64,000 nt of DNA from Flavobacteriales bacterium (lineage in GTDB: Bacteria; Bacteroidota; Bacteroidia; Flavobacteriales_F; PHOS-HE28). Every line of letters begins with the position of its first letter. Position 1 is the first letter of the stretch. Below are positions 51,332 through 59,625 of this stretch, in pieces. The notes under the pieces are model-generated. The model was not told where the DNA came from. It saw only the letters and a list, made by a program, of their open reading frames with translations, and ran no database searches. Location: assembly GCA_041691695.1 (NCBI GenBank), contig JBEPUG010000002.1, positions 11,100 to 75,099 on the forward strand, given 5' to 3'. The translations under genes and the position numbers were made by a program.

Positions 51332-51577
51332 ATGAGTCCACGAGCGATCCAGGACATAGAGGGATTCAAGTTCTACTTCTTCAGTTCGGAGAACAACGAA
51401 CCGCCCCATGTACACGTCAAGAAAGGAGATGGCTCAGCGAAATGGTGGTTGCTACCAGAACCTGAATTGGTCTATTCAAGTGGCTTCAAGACAGGTGATG
51501 AAAGGAAGATCAACGCACTGATCAAAAAGCACAGACATGAAATCCTCCAAGCTTGGGACGACCATTTCAACCGTTAA
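51332..51577 (+). CDS. DUF4160 domain protein
   Basis: 81 aa with FKFYFFSSENNEPPHVHVKKGDGSAKWW, typical of DUF4160. Confidence 0.8.
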   Translation: MSPRAIQDIEGFKFYFFSSENNEPPHVHVKKGDGSAKWWLLPEPELVYSSGFKTGDERKINALIKKHRHEILQAWDDHFNR

Positions 51578-51590
51578 ATTCGGGAAGGGC

Positions 51591-51911
51591 ATGGACCCGA
51601 TCGAGACGCTGATCCTCCGAGAAGGTCTACGGATCGTAGATGTACATCCTTACAAGGAATTGGATCTACTTGCCGTGGTACTGAATAGTGGCGACATACT
51701 GCAAGCACGCATCTCGGATTTCGAGCGATTGAAGAAGGCCACTGATAAGCAGTTGAAGAAATGGCAACTGATCGGTGGCGGCATCGGCATTCATTGGGAA
51801 GCCGTGGATGAAGACCTTTCACTCCGTGGCTTCATTCGGGACGCGTCGCAACAGGAAGCGTTGCGTCGGCTTTCCGCCAAGCCTAGGAAGAAGAAGATCA
51901 CGGCGCGATGA
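51591..51911 (+). CDS. DUF2442 domain protein
   Basis: Track ORF 51537..51911 trimmed to ATG 51591. LRIVDVHPYKELDLLAVVLNSGDILQARISDF...IHWEAVDEDLSLRGF fits DUF2442. Confidence 0.7.
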   Translation: MDPIETLILREGLRIVDVHPYKELDLLAVVLNSGDILQARISDFERLKKATDKQLKKWQLIGGGIGIHWEAVDEDLSLRGFIRDASQQEALRRLSAKPRKKKITAR

Positions 51912-52010
51912 GCGCCCCGCTGAGCCGGATCTGTGATCCGTGCCATTCTAAGTTCCAACATGATTTGCGCAAGGGACACTGAGGTACTCCAACCTTAGCG
52001 AAGCTCGCTC

Positions 52011-52589
52011 ATGCTCTCCCTCCACCTCACACCCCTTCCCACCCTCACTACAGCGCGACTTATCCTTCGCGAGGTCCGCATGAGCGATGCGCCCGAGCTG
52101 TTCGCTCTGCGCAGCGACCCCGAGGTGATGCGCTTCGTGCATCGGCCACGGGCCGTTACCATCGATGACGCGAAGGCCTTCATCACGCGCATACATGACG
52201 GGCAGCGCGCGAACACTTGTGCGCAATGGGCCATGACATTGAAAGGAGACGACACCTGCATCGGCGTGATCGGTCCGTGGCGCATCGACCTGGAGAACCA
52301 TCGCGGCGAGCTGGGCTATTCGCTTGCCCGCGCGCACTGGGGCCAAGGCCTGATGAGCGAGGCCATCGCCACCGTGGCGGACTCTTCATTCGACGTCCTC
52401 GGCCTGCACAGCATGGAGGCTTGGACCCAAGCGGGGAACGTTGCTTCGATGCGCGTGCTGGAGAAGAACGGCTTTACCCGGGAAGCCTACTTCAAGGAGA
52501 ACATCCTGTGGGAAGGCATTTTCTTGGATTCGGTGGTGTTCGGCAGGTTGGCCGGTGTTGGCGCGGATCTGGGATCCGTTACATATTGA
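52011..52589 (+). CDS. GNAT family N-acetyltransferase (RimJ/RimL-like)
   Basis: 192 aa. LTTARLILRE... and WGQGLMSEAI pattern. Confidence 0.85.
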   Translation: MLSLHLTPLPTLTTARLILREVRMSDAPELFALRSDPEVMRFVHRPRAVTIDDAKAFITRIHDGQRANTCAQWAMTLKGDDTCIGVIGPWRIDLENHRGELGYSLARAHWGQGLMSEAIATVADSSFDVLGLHSMEAWTQAGNVASMRVLEKNGFTREAYFKENILWEGIFLDSVVFGRLAGVGADLGSVTY

Positions 52590-52689
52590 ATTTCCCAAGC
52601 AAACGCTGGCGTAATTCGCGAGTGTGTCCACATCTTAAAGGCCTCCGGCCTGTCTCCAATTCAGCGAAGCTCATCGACATCTTTGCGCA

Positions 52690-53217
52690 GTGATCGATCT
52701 TCTCATTCCATCCCTCGAAGGCCTCACCACCGAACGCCTCATCTTCCGCCATCCCGTTCTGGACGACCGCTCGTGGTGGATGGAATACATGAGCAGTGCC
52801 GAGGCCATCCGCTTCATGCCCTTCACTTTGGAAAGTAAAGCCGATTGCACTCTCTTCATACAAAGATCGTTGGACCGGATCACCCACGATGGTTCGTGCT
52901 TGAACGTGGTGAGCGAACGCACCAGCAACAAGCCTGTTGGCATGATCGGCCTGTTGACGCAGGAAGTGGACGGTATCGTTGAACTGGAGATCGGCTATCA
53001 CCTTCTGCCTTCCGCATGGGGCCATGGATATGCGACCGAGGCAGCGATGGCCTGCAAGGCATTCGCGAAGGATCATGGGTTGGCATCCTCGGTGATCTCG
53101 CTGATCGACCATGAGAACGGGAAGAGCCGATCCGTTGCCAAGCGGAACGGCATGCGCTACGAGAAGGACACGGTGCATCGCGGTGTGCCGGCCTTGGTGT
53201 TCCGGGTGGAACTTTAA
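52690..53217 (+). CDS. GNAT family N-acetyltransferase (RimJ/RimL-like)
   Basis: 175 aa, GTG start. LTTERLIFRH... and WGHGYATEAA pattern. Confidence 0.8.
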   Translation: MIDLLIPSLEGLTTERLIFRHPVLDDRSWWMEYMSSAEAIRFMPFTLESKADCTLFIQRSLDRITHDGSCLNVVSERTSNKPVGMIGLLTQEVDGIVELEIGYHLLPSAWGHGYATEAAMACKAFAKDHGLASSVISLIDHENGKSRSVAKRNGMRYEKDTVHRGVPALVFRVEL

Positions 53218-53309
53218 CATCTCATCGCGGGCGTCCTTCACGTGTATGCCGTGCCTTCGTTGCGTCTATCAGATCCCCACAGGGTCAGCTGCCATAATAC
53301 CTTCGATCC

Positions 53310-53765
53310 ATGAGCGACATCCTCATCACACCGATCGCCTTCGTGGCGAATGAACGCAAGGAAAAGATGGACGATCGCTGGGCACCGATCATTTCGCGGA
53401 TCGAACTCGTGCCCGAGCTTCCGGAAAGCTGCTTCGCTGGCATCGAGGCCTTCTCACACTTGGAGATCATCTTCCACTTTCACTTATCCGACCAAACGGT
53501 GATCGGCAGCGAACATCCGCGCGACGATAGGAGCCTGCCACTCATCGGGATCTTTGCGCAGCGCAAGAAGGACCGGCCGAATCACCTAGGGCTTACCGTA
53601 GTGAAGTTGATCAAGCATGAAGGTCGCGCCCTGCACGTCTCGCACCTTGACGCCATCGACGGCACGCCGGTGGTGGATATCAAGCCGGTGTTCGCGGAGT
53701 TCCTTCCGCAAGGCGATGTGACCCAACCCGAATGGACCAGGGCGGTGATGCGCAACTACTGGTAG
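53310..53765 (+). CDS. TsaA/TrmO-like SAM-dependent methyltransferase
   Basis: 151 aa. GIFAQRKKDRPNHLGLTVVKL...DGTPVVDIKP is typical of the YaeB/TsaA family. Confidence 0.8.
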   Translation: MSDILITPIAFVANERKEKMDDRWAPIISRIELVPELPESCFAGIEAFSHLEIIFHFHLSDQTVIGSEHPRDDRSLPLIGIFAQRKKDRPNHLGLTVVKLIKHEGRALHVSHLDAIDGTPVVDIKPVFAEFLPQGDVTQPEWTRAVMRNYW

Positions 53766-53890
53766 GGTGCTTCCTCGGTGTCAGCTTCATCATCACCTGT
53801 ATTGCGTTGAAGCTAGATCGGTCTCCCAGGAATGGTCTTTTGGCACATGGACGATGCTAGCCCGTCCAAAGCGCTGCGCCACAACCGCTA

Positions 53891-55882
53891 TCAAAGCGAC
53901 ACCACGCGCTTCACGAAGTTCCGCTCCTTCGTGCGGATCACTACGACATAGGTTCCCGCGCCGGGTAGTCGCACACTCCATCTCTCTTCGCTCCCCACGC
54001 GATCGGCCACCTTGCGTCCCCCCGCATCATACACGGTGATACCTGATACGCGCGCCCCGATACCGCTGATGTTCAGGAGGCCGTCCCGCGTTGGATTGGG
54101 GAAGATCCGCAGGCCCAGTTCGCGCAGGTCGTCGATCCCGGTGGTCATGTCAGAAAGCGTATCGGTCTTCACCAGAACGGGTGAATTGTCCGCCGCTTGA
54201 TACATACTCTTGAACAGGTCGATCTCGGGGCTGGAATAGGCGAACATGTCCTTTACATATCGCGGCGGCGCACTTTGATACCACACGTTGGCCGTGATAT
54301 GGATCAAGCCTGTCTCCCCGCCCGTGGCCACATGATAATGAACGACGTCGCTCCCGCTGCCTTCAACGCCATCCGCATCATGGTTGAAATCGATGTCGGA
54401 TGCGGGAACTCCCACGATCTGTGTGGTATCGTAGGACACATTTCCCACTGTGAATCCTGCCGGTGCAAGGCGATCGTCCTTTAGCGGGGCCTTGCCGCGT
54501 TCAAGGACCGTGGTGGTATCACCATTCACATCGCCGATGACCATCTCGTAGATCTGCACTTGGTCCTGTGACGTGATCACATCATGGTGCGGTTCCCAAC
54601 CGGGGTCTTGGCCTACTATCTCATCCTGGGCATTCACGGCCCCATTGTCATAGATCGTATCGTTGCTGCTATTGGTCACAACAAGCCGCACCCAAGCGCG
54701 ACGTGATGGATAGCCGCTCGGGAATTTGTGACCGGCGAGATTGGTGAGCTTCACGTTGATGAACGCCGTGTCCACAGTGCGCAGCGGGATCGAGGTCTCG
54801 ATGAGCAGCGAATGCTGGCGCAGCATGCGATCCGTACGCGCGATGGTGCTGTCGAACTGCGTCGGTGTGGCGGTGAGTTGAAGCGTATCCACATGCCCTT
54901 TCAGCATGTTCAGCATAAAGGTGTTCGCTCCGGCGAAATGGTGCTGGCCAAAAGGCGTCTTCGGCTGCAGGAAGATGTAGTTCGCTGAGAGCACAACGCC
55001 GATGTCATCGTCGAGCAAGGGCATATGGCAGCCCTGACAGGTGATGCCCGTCTCGGGATGCGTCTCATCATTGAAGTTCGAATTGAGCCACTCGTGATAG
55101 GTGGCCTGCTCGATGAATTCATCACCAGTAAGGTTCCCGCTGACGTCCGCCGTCTCCGTGATCAAGGTGTGGCATGAGGCGCAGAGACCGGCGTCCAGGA
55201 CCTGAGTTCCGTATTGGGGCGTATAGCCCACAAAGGATTCCATGGGAGCACCGAAGATGGTGTTCGTCGCAAAGGGGCCGAACAGGGGACTTCCCAACGT
55301 GTCAAAGCGGAGGTTCCCCGAAAAGAAGTCACCGATGCTATCGCCCTTCTGAATGTGGCAGGGCACGCAACTCACACCATCCAACGCCACCGGGTCCTGC
55401 TCCATCAGCGCGATGGAATAGGGACCACCTGTAGTGAACGCATGGTCGAAATTGCCGGCAGGCGCATGGCATTTGGTGCATTTGGTTTCCAATGCCGCTT
55501 GGTGCGCGGAATTCACCAGTACCTCATGACTCACCTTGGCACGCCAGAAAGGGTCACGCGCCGCGTTCGCCATCATTGTGCTTCGCCAATCATCCACCAC
55601 GTTCACATCCACTCCTTCAGCGGTCACCATCGCATATCCGGTGGGATCGTGCCCATGGCAGCCCTCGCAGTTTCCACTGGGCTTGAAGTAGACGTCTCCG
55701 CCCATTGGAAGCGGGAAAATACTATCACCACCACCGCCCCTGTATGATGCCAATTCCGCCGGTGTGTGATAGGCCTTGGCCACGGGCACCGTACCACTCG
55801 TCCAAGCCACGGATAATCCGACAGTGCCCAGCAAAAGTGCCAGCACCAAGGACTTCATCGCGAGGGTCGGTGTCTTCTTCAT
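53891..55882 (-). CDS. Pentaheme c-type cytochrome with T9SS C-terminal sorting domain
   Basis: Track ORF trimmed to ATG 55882 (MKKTPTLAMKSLVLALLLG signal). Five CxxCH sites (CEGCH, CTKCH, CVPCH, CASCH, CQGCH). The C-terminal approximately 75 aa, RIFPNPTRDGLLNISG...GTYVVVIRTKERNFVKRVVSL, matches the type A Por secretion tail pattern. Confidence 0.8.
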   Translation of the reverse strand: MKKTPTLAMKSLVLALLLGTVGLSVAWTSGTVPVAKAYHTPAELASYRGGGGDSIFPLPMGGDVYFKPSGNCEGCHGHDPTGYAMVTAEGVDVNVVDDWRSTMMANAARDPFWRAKVSHEVLVNSAHQAALETKCTKCHAPAGNFDHAFTTGGPYSIALMEQDPVALDGVSCVPCHIQKGDSIGDFFSGNLRFDTLGSPLFGPFATNTIFGAPMESFVGYTPQYGTQVLDAGLCASCHTLITETADVSGNLTGDEFIEQATYHEWLNSNFNDETHPETGITCQGCHMPLLDDDIGVVLSANYIFLQPKTPFGQHHFAGANTFMLNMLKGHVDTLQLTATPTQFDSTIARTDRMLRQHSLLIETSIPLRTVDTAFINVKLTNLAGHKFPSGYPSRRAWVRLVVTNSSNDTIYDNGAVNAQDEIVGQDPGWEPHHDVITSQDQVQIYEMVIGDVNGDTTTVLERGKAPLKDDRLAPAGFTVGNVSYDTTQIVGVPASDIDFNHDADGVEGSGSDVVHYHVATGGETGLIHITANVWYQSAPPRYVKDMFAYSSPEIDLFKSMYQAADNSPVLVKTDTLSDMTTGIDDLRELGLRIFPNPTRDGLLNISGIGARVSGITVYDAGGRKVADRVGSEERWSVRLPGAGTYVVVIRTKERNFVKRVVSL

Positions 55883-55969
55883 GCGGAGATCCGGATGTGG
55901 ATGCAATATAGCTGCATGCCCCAACCTACGGACCGATGCCCGCAGGATACGCGATAGCTTGGAAAAAGA

Positions 55970-56518
55970 TCAACTGCCGCGCTGTGCACCCTTGTGCATC
56001 GGCTTGGCCTTCGCTTTGGAAGCGCCTCCCGCCTTGGGAGCAGCGGCCTTTTTCGCTGCCGCCTTCTTCTTGGCGGGAGCCTTCTTAGCGGCCGAGGACT
56101 TCTTCTTATCCTCCTCGGTCGTCGCCTTTTCCTTCTTCTCCTCGAAGAGACCGGCGGCCAAAAGCATGTCGTACCACACGAAGAACTTGCGCACGTCGCT
56201 GGTGTAGATGCGATCGCGGTCGTAGTTCGGAAGCGCCTCACCCAGCTTGTCGTACAGCGCTTCGATATTCCCCTTAACGTCCACCGTCAATTTGCCCTTT
56301 TCGATGTTGTGCATCTTCTCCATCACCTCGGAAAGCGGCACATCATCGCCCTTGGTGAACATGCTCACCTCGTCCAAAGAGCTCACACGCACACTGGAGT
56401 GCACGGGGATCCGCTTCTTGTCCGTCAGGGATTCGGCTATCAAGGCTTGGCGGCCTTGGGCCACCACACGATAGAGCCCGGACTTGCCAGTGATGGAAAT
56501 GATCTTCGAGAGGTCCAT
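55970..56518 (-). CDS. DUF5606 domain protein with Lys/Ala-rich C-terminal tail
   Basis: Trimmed to ATG 56518 (MDLSKIISITGKSGLYRVV...). Tail is AAKKAPAKKKAAAKKAAAPKAGGASKAKAKP. Confidence 0.75.
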   Translation of the reverse strand: MDLSKIISITGKSGLYRVVAQGRQALIAESLTDKKRIPVHSSVRVSSLDEVSMFTKGDDVPLSEVMEKMHNIEKGKLTVDVKGNIEALYDKLGEALPNYDRDRIYTSDVRKFFVWYDMLLAAGLFEEKKEKATTEEDKKKSSAAKKAPAKKKAAAKKAAAPKAGGASKAKAKPMHKGAQRGS

Positions 56519-56641
56519 AAGCAAAGGGTTTCGTGCACAAACATAGTGATGCGAACCGCAGTATCCCGGCCTTTTACCATCCTTTCATCGCAGATGGAAG
56601 TCAGGAATGGTGCCCTCCTGCGCACGGAGCCGTCGTTTCGA

Positions 56642-57919
56642 TCAGGTCTTCTGCTTCCGCTTGCGGGCAGCGGGGAACAGGATATTGTTCAAGATAAGCC
56701 TGTAACCAGGGGAATTGGGGAACAGACTGAGGTCGGTGGGAGGATCGCCCACCATGTGCTGGTAGTCCTCCGGATCATGGCCGCCATAGAAGGTCCACTG
56801 CCCAAGGCCGTATTCACCGTGTATGTATTTCACCACCCCCTGCGGCTTGTACTCCCCCATGATGGTCACATTCGACTTCACCAAGTTTTTCCGGAAGGCG
56901 GTCGTTTGCCCCATGAAGCCATGGATAACCTGCTCATGGTCCTGGCAAAGCATGGTGGGCACCACGTCCCACTTGGCACTGAAGTCGAACAACGTGAAAA
57001 AGTCATTTGTCTCTCCGACCCTGCTCATGATGTCAGTGGCATCGATGTCACTGAACTCGTAGACCATCGGGTCGGTGATGATCTTGAAATCCTTGAATGC
57101 AAAGGTCTTGCTATAATCCAGCTTTTGCTGCGCCTGTGGATCGGGCGGGTCGCCGTCGAAAGGTGTGTCACAAATGTCCACGCCCTCTGCAGCCAGTGCG
57201 ATGTCATAACTGTCCGTGCCGCTGCACATAGTGAAGAGATAACCGCCGCCAGCCACATAGTCGCGGATCTTGCCTGCCACAGCGCCCTTCATCTGGCTCA
57301 CCTTGGCGAATCCTTCTTCCTTGGCCATGGCCTCGCTCTCACGCACTTGGTCCTGGTACCACGGCGCATTGCGGAACTGACGATAGAACTTGCCATACTG
57401 CCCTGTGAAATCCTCATGGTGCATGTGTACCCAATCGTATTGCGGAAGGACACCGGCCAACACTTCCTTGTCGTAGATACGTGTATAGGGGATCTCGGCG
57501 TAGGTCATCACTAGAGCCACCGCATCGTCCCAGGGCTGGAAACTGCTAGGTGCATACACGGCGATCTTAGGGGCCTTCTCCAGCTTCACCATCTCCATGT
57601 TCACCTCCGGATCCGCGATCTGGGCGAGGATGGCGTCGGCCTGGGCATCGGCGATCACGCTATACGACACGCCGCGCACTGTGCATTCCTGCTCTACAGC
57701 AGGCAGGTCATCGATAAGGAAACTGCCCGCGCGATAGTTCAGTAGCCACTCAACGGTAACGTCCTTCTCCAGCACCCAATAGGCTATCCCGTAGGCCTTC
57801 AGATGGTCCGTCTGGCTTTTGTCCATCGGGATCAAGATCTTCGACGCCGAGGCGGGAACCACCAGTAATGCAAGGGTAAGCGCAACCAGCACGTTGCGGA
57901 TCGATCGCACAAGGGACAC
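56642..57919 (-). CDS. Conserved secreted Bacteroidota protein of unknown function (homologues often auto-annotated 'asparagine synthetase B')
   Basis: Track ORF 56642..57949. An in-frame GTG at 57919 (1 nt after the dnaB stop) gives a clean signal peptide, MSLVRSIRNVLVALTLALLVVPASA/SKILIPMD. KILIPMD..QTDHLKAYGIAYWVL is as I recall for this family. Confidence 0.6.
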   Translation of the reverse strand: MSLVRSIRNVLVALTLALLVVPASASKILIPMDKSQTDHLKAYGIAYWVLEKDVTVEWLLNYRAGSFLIDDLPAVEQECTVRGVSYSVIADAQADAILAQIADPEVNMEMVKLEKAPKIAVYAPSSFQPWDDAVALVMTYAEIPYTRIYDKEVLAGVLPQYDWVHMHHEDFTGQYGKFYRQFRNAPWYQDQVRESEAMAKEEGFAKVSQMKGAVAGKIRDYVAGGGYLFTMCSGTDSYDIALAAEGVDICDTPFDGDPPDPQAQQKLDYSKTFAFKDFKIITDPMVYEFSDIDATDIMSRVGETNDFFTLFDFSAKWDVVPTMLCQDHEQVIHGFMGQTTAFRKNLVKSNVTIMGEYKPQGVVKYIHGEYGLGQWTFYGGHDPEDYQHMVGDPPTDLSLFPNSPGYRLILNNILFPAARKRKQKT

Positions 57920-57920
57920 G

Positions 57921-59456
57921 CTAGAAGGGCACGTCGTTGTCGGCATCATCGTTCATGCGGCTGGAGCGTGTGATGGTCTGCGGCCCATCCTGCCCCATGC
58001 CTCCAGCAAAATTAAGCGGCCCTGTCTCGAGGTCCGTGAATTTTGCGAGTTCGGAGATGAAACGCAGTCGGACGTTATCAATTGCCCCGTTCCTGTGCTT
58101 GGCCACGATCACCTCGCCAATGCCCAACGTACTGCCGTGCTCATCCTCGAATATCTTGTAATACTCCGGACGATACAGGAAACAGACGAGGTCGGCATCC
58201 TGCTCGATGGCGCCCGATTCCCGTAGGTCGCTCAGCATCGGGCGCTTGTCGCCGCCGCGGGTCTCCACGGCACGGCTCAACTGGCTCAACGCGATGATCG
58301 GCACGTCCAACTCCTTCGCAATGCTCTTGATGGACCGCGAGATGTTGCTGATCTCCTGCTCCCTGTTCCCGCCGCGATTCCCTTCCGTACCGCTTGTCAT
58401 CAACTGCAGATAGTCGATGATGATAAGTTCCACGTTGTGCTGGCTCTTCAGCCGACGGCACTTGGCACGCAGCTCGAAGATGTTCAACGCCGGCGTGTCA
58501 TCAATGAAGATCGGTGCGTTCGTCAAGCGCGCGATGTGCTGGTGTAGGATCGCGAATTCGGCATCGGTGAGTTCGCCCTTGCGGAGCTTCTCGGAACTGA
58601 TCCCGGATTCGCTCGCGATCAAGCGGGTGACAAGCTGGGTGCTGCTCATCTCCAAGCTGAACACGGCCACGGCCTTCTTGTGCTCTACGGCAATGTTGCG
58701 CGCCATGCTCAGCACGAACGCCGTTTTCCCCATGGCCGGGCGCGCCGCCACGATCACCATGTCGCTACGCTGCCAACCAGCGGTGAGCTTGTCCAATTGT
58801 GTGAATCCCGTGGGAACCCCGCTGATGCCGCCGCCTTTGTTCTTTGAGTTCTCGATCTGCGCGATGGCTCCTTGGATCAGGTCGCTCATCGGCTCGTAGT
58901 TCCGCTTGAGGTTACCGCTGGTAACGGCGAACAACTCCTGCTCGCTCTTGTCCAACAGCTCGAACACGTCCGTGCTGTCGTCGTAGGCGTCGCGCATGGT
59001 CTCCGCGCTGATGCGGATCAACTCACGCAGGATGTGCTTCTGGCTGATGATGCGCGCGTGGAACTGCACGTTGGCGCTACTGGCCACCTTGTTGGTGAGT
59101 TGGCTGATGTAAAAAGCACCACCCACCAGGTCGAGTTCCGCGCGCTTCTTCAACTCCTGCGTCACGGTGAGGATGTCGATGGCCTGGTCGGTGCGGAAGA
59201 GGTTCTGGATGGCATCGAAGATCCGGCGGTGCGCGTCCACATAGAAGCTCTCGGGACGTAGGATATCGATGGCCTCGTTCACGGCGTTACGCTCCAGCAT
59301 CATAGCGCCCAGCACGGCCTGCTCCAATTCAGGGGCCTGCGGCGGAAGCTTGCCGGCCTCCATGGCGGTGTCGATCAAGGATGCAGCGGACCGACGCTTC
59401 CGGTCCATAGTACGCGTGCCGGAAGAATGCGGTGAGGAAGGAGAAAGATCACTCAT
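57921..59456 (-). CDS. dnaB: Replicative DNA helicase
   Basis: 511 aa with Walker A ARPAMGKT. Full-length DnaB, no intein-sized insertion. Confidence 0.95.
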   Translation of the reverse strand: MSDLSPSSPHSSGTRTMDRKRRSAASLIDTAMEAGKLPPQAPELEQAVLGAMMLERNAVNEAIDILRPESFYVDAHRRIFDAIQNLFRTDQAIDILTVTQELKKRAELDLVGGAFYISQLTNKVASSANVQFHARIISQKHILRELIRISAETMRDAYDDSTDVFELLDKSEQELFAVTSGNLKRNYEPMSDLIQGAIAQIENSKNKGGGISGVPTGFTQLDKLTAGWQRSDMVIVAARPAMGKTAFVLSMARNIAVEHKKAVAVFSLEMSSTQLVTRLIASESGISSEKLRKGELTDAEFAILHQHIARLTNAPIFIDDTPALNIFELRAKCRRLKSQHNVELIIIDYLQLMTSGTEGNRGGNREQEISNISRSIKSIAKELDVPIIALSQLSRAVETRGGDKRPMLSDLRESGAIEQDADLVCFLYRPEYYKIFEDEHGSTLGIGEVIVAKHRNGAIDNVRLRFISELAKFTDLETGPLNFAGGMGQDGPQTITRSSRMNDDADNDVPF

Positions 59457-59625
59457 AGGATGGCCGCCTGGGTGGAAGGCGGAATTTCAAAGGGGGCCAA
59501 ATGTAGGCCCAACAGACAGCCCTGTCAGGGCAAAAGGAAACCTTCTTTGCCCATTGCATCAACACTTCCATAACCTGTGATCGTTCATCGATGAAGGATG
59601 CCGCGCCCATCGTTACTTTGTGGTG

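Noticed and set aside
52011-53217. Considered the two adjacent RimJ-like GNAT genes as a recent tandem duplication.
   Set aside because: The proteins share only family-level motifs. Only a 10-nt upstream string (AGCGAAGCTC at 51997 and 52664) is shared. This is not a recent duplication.
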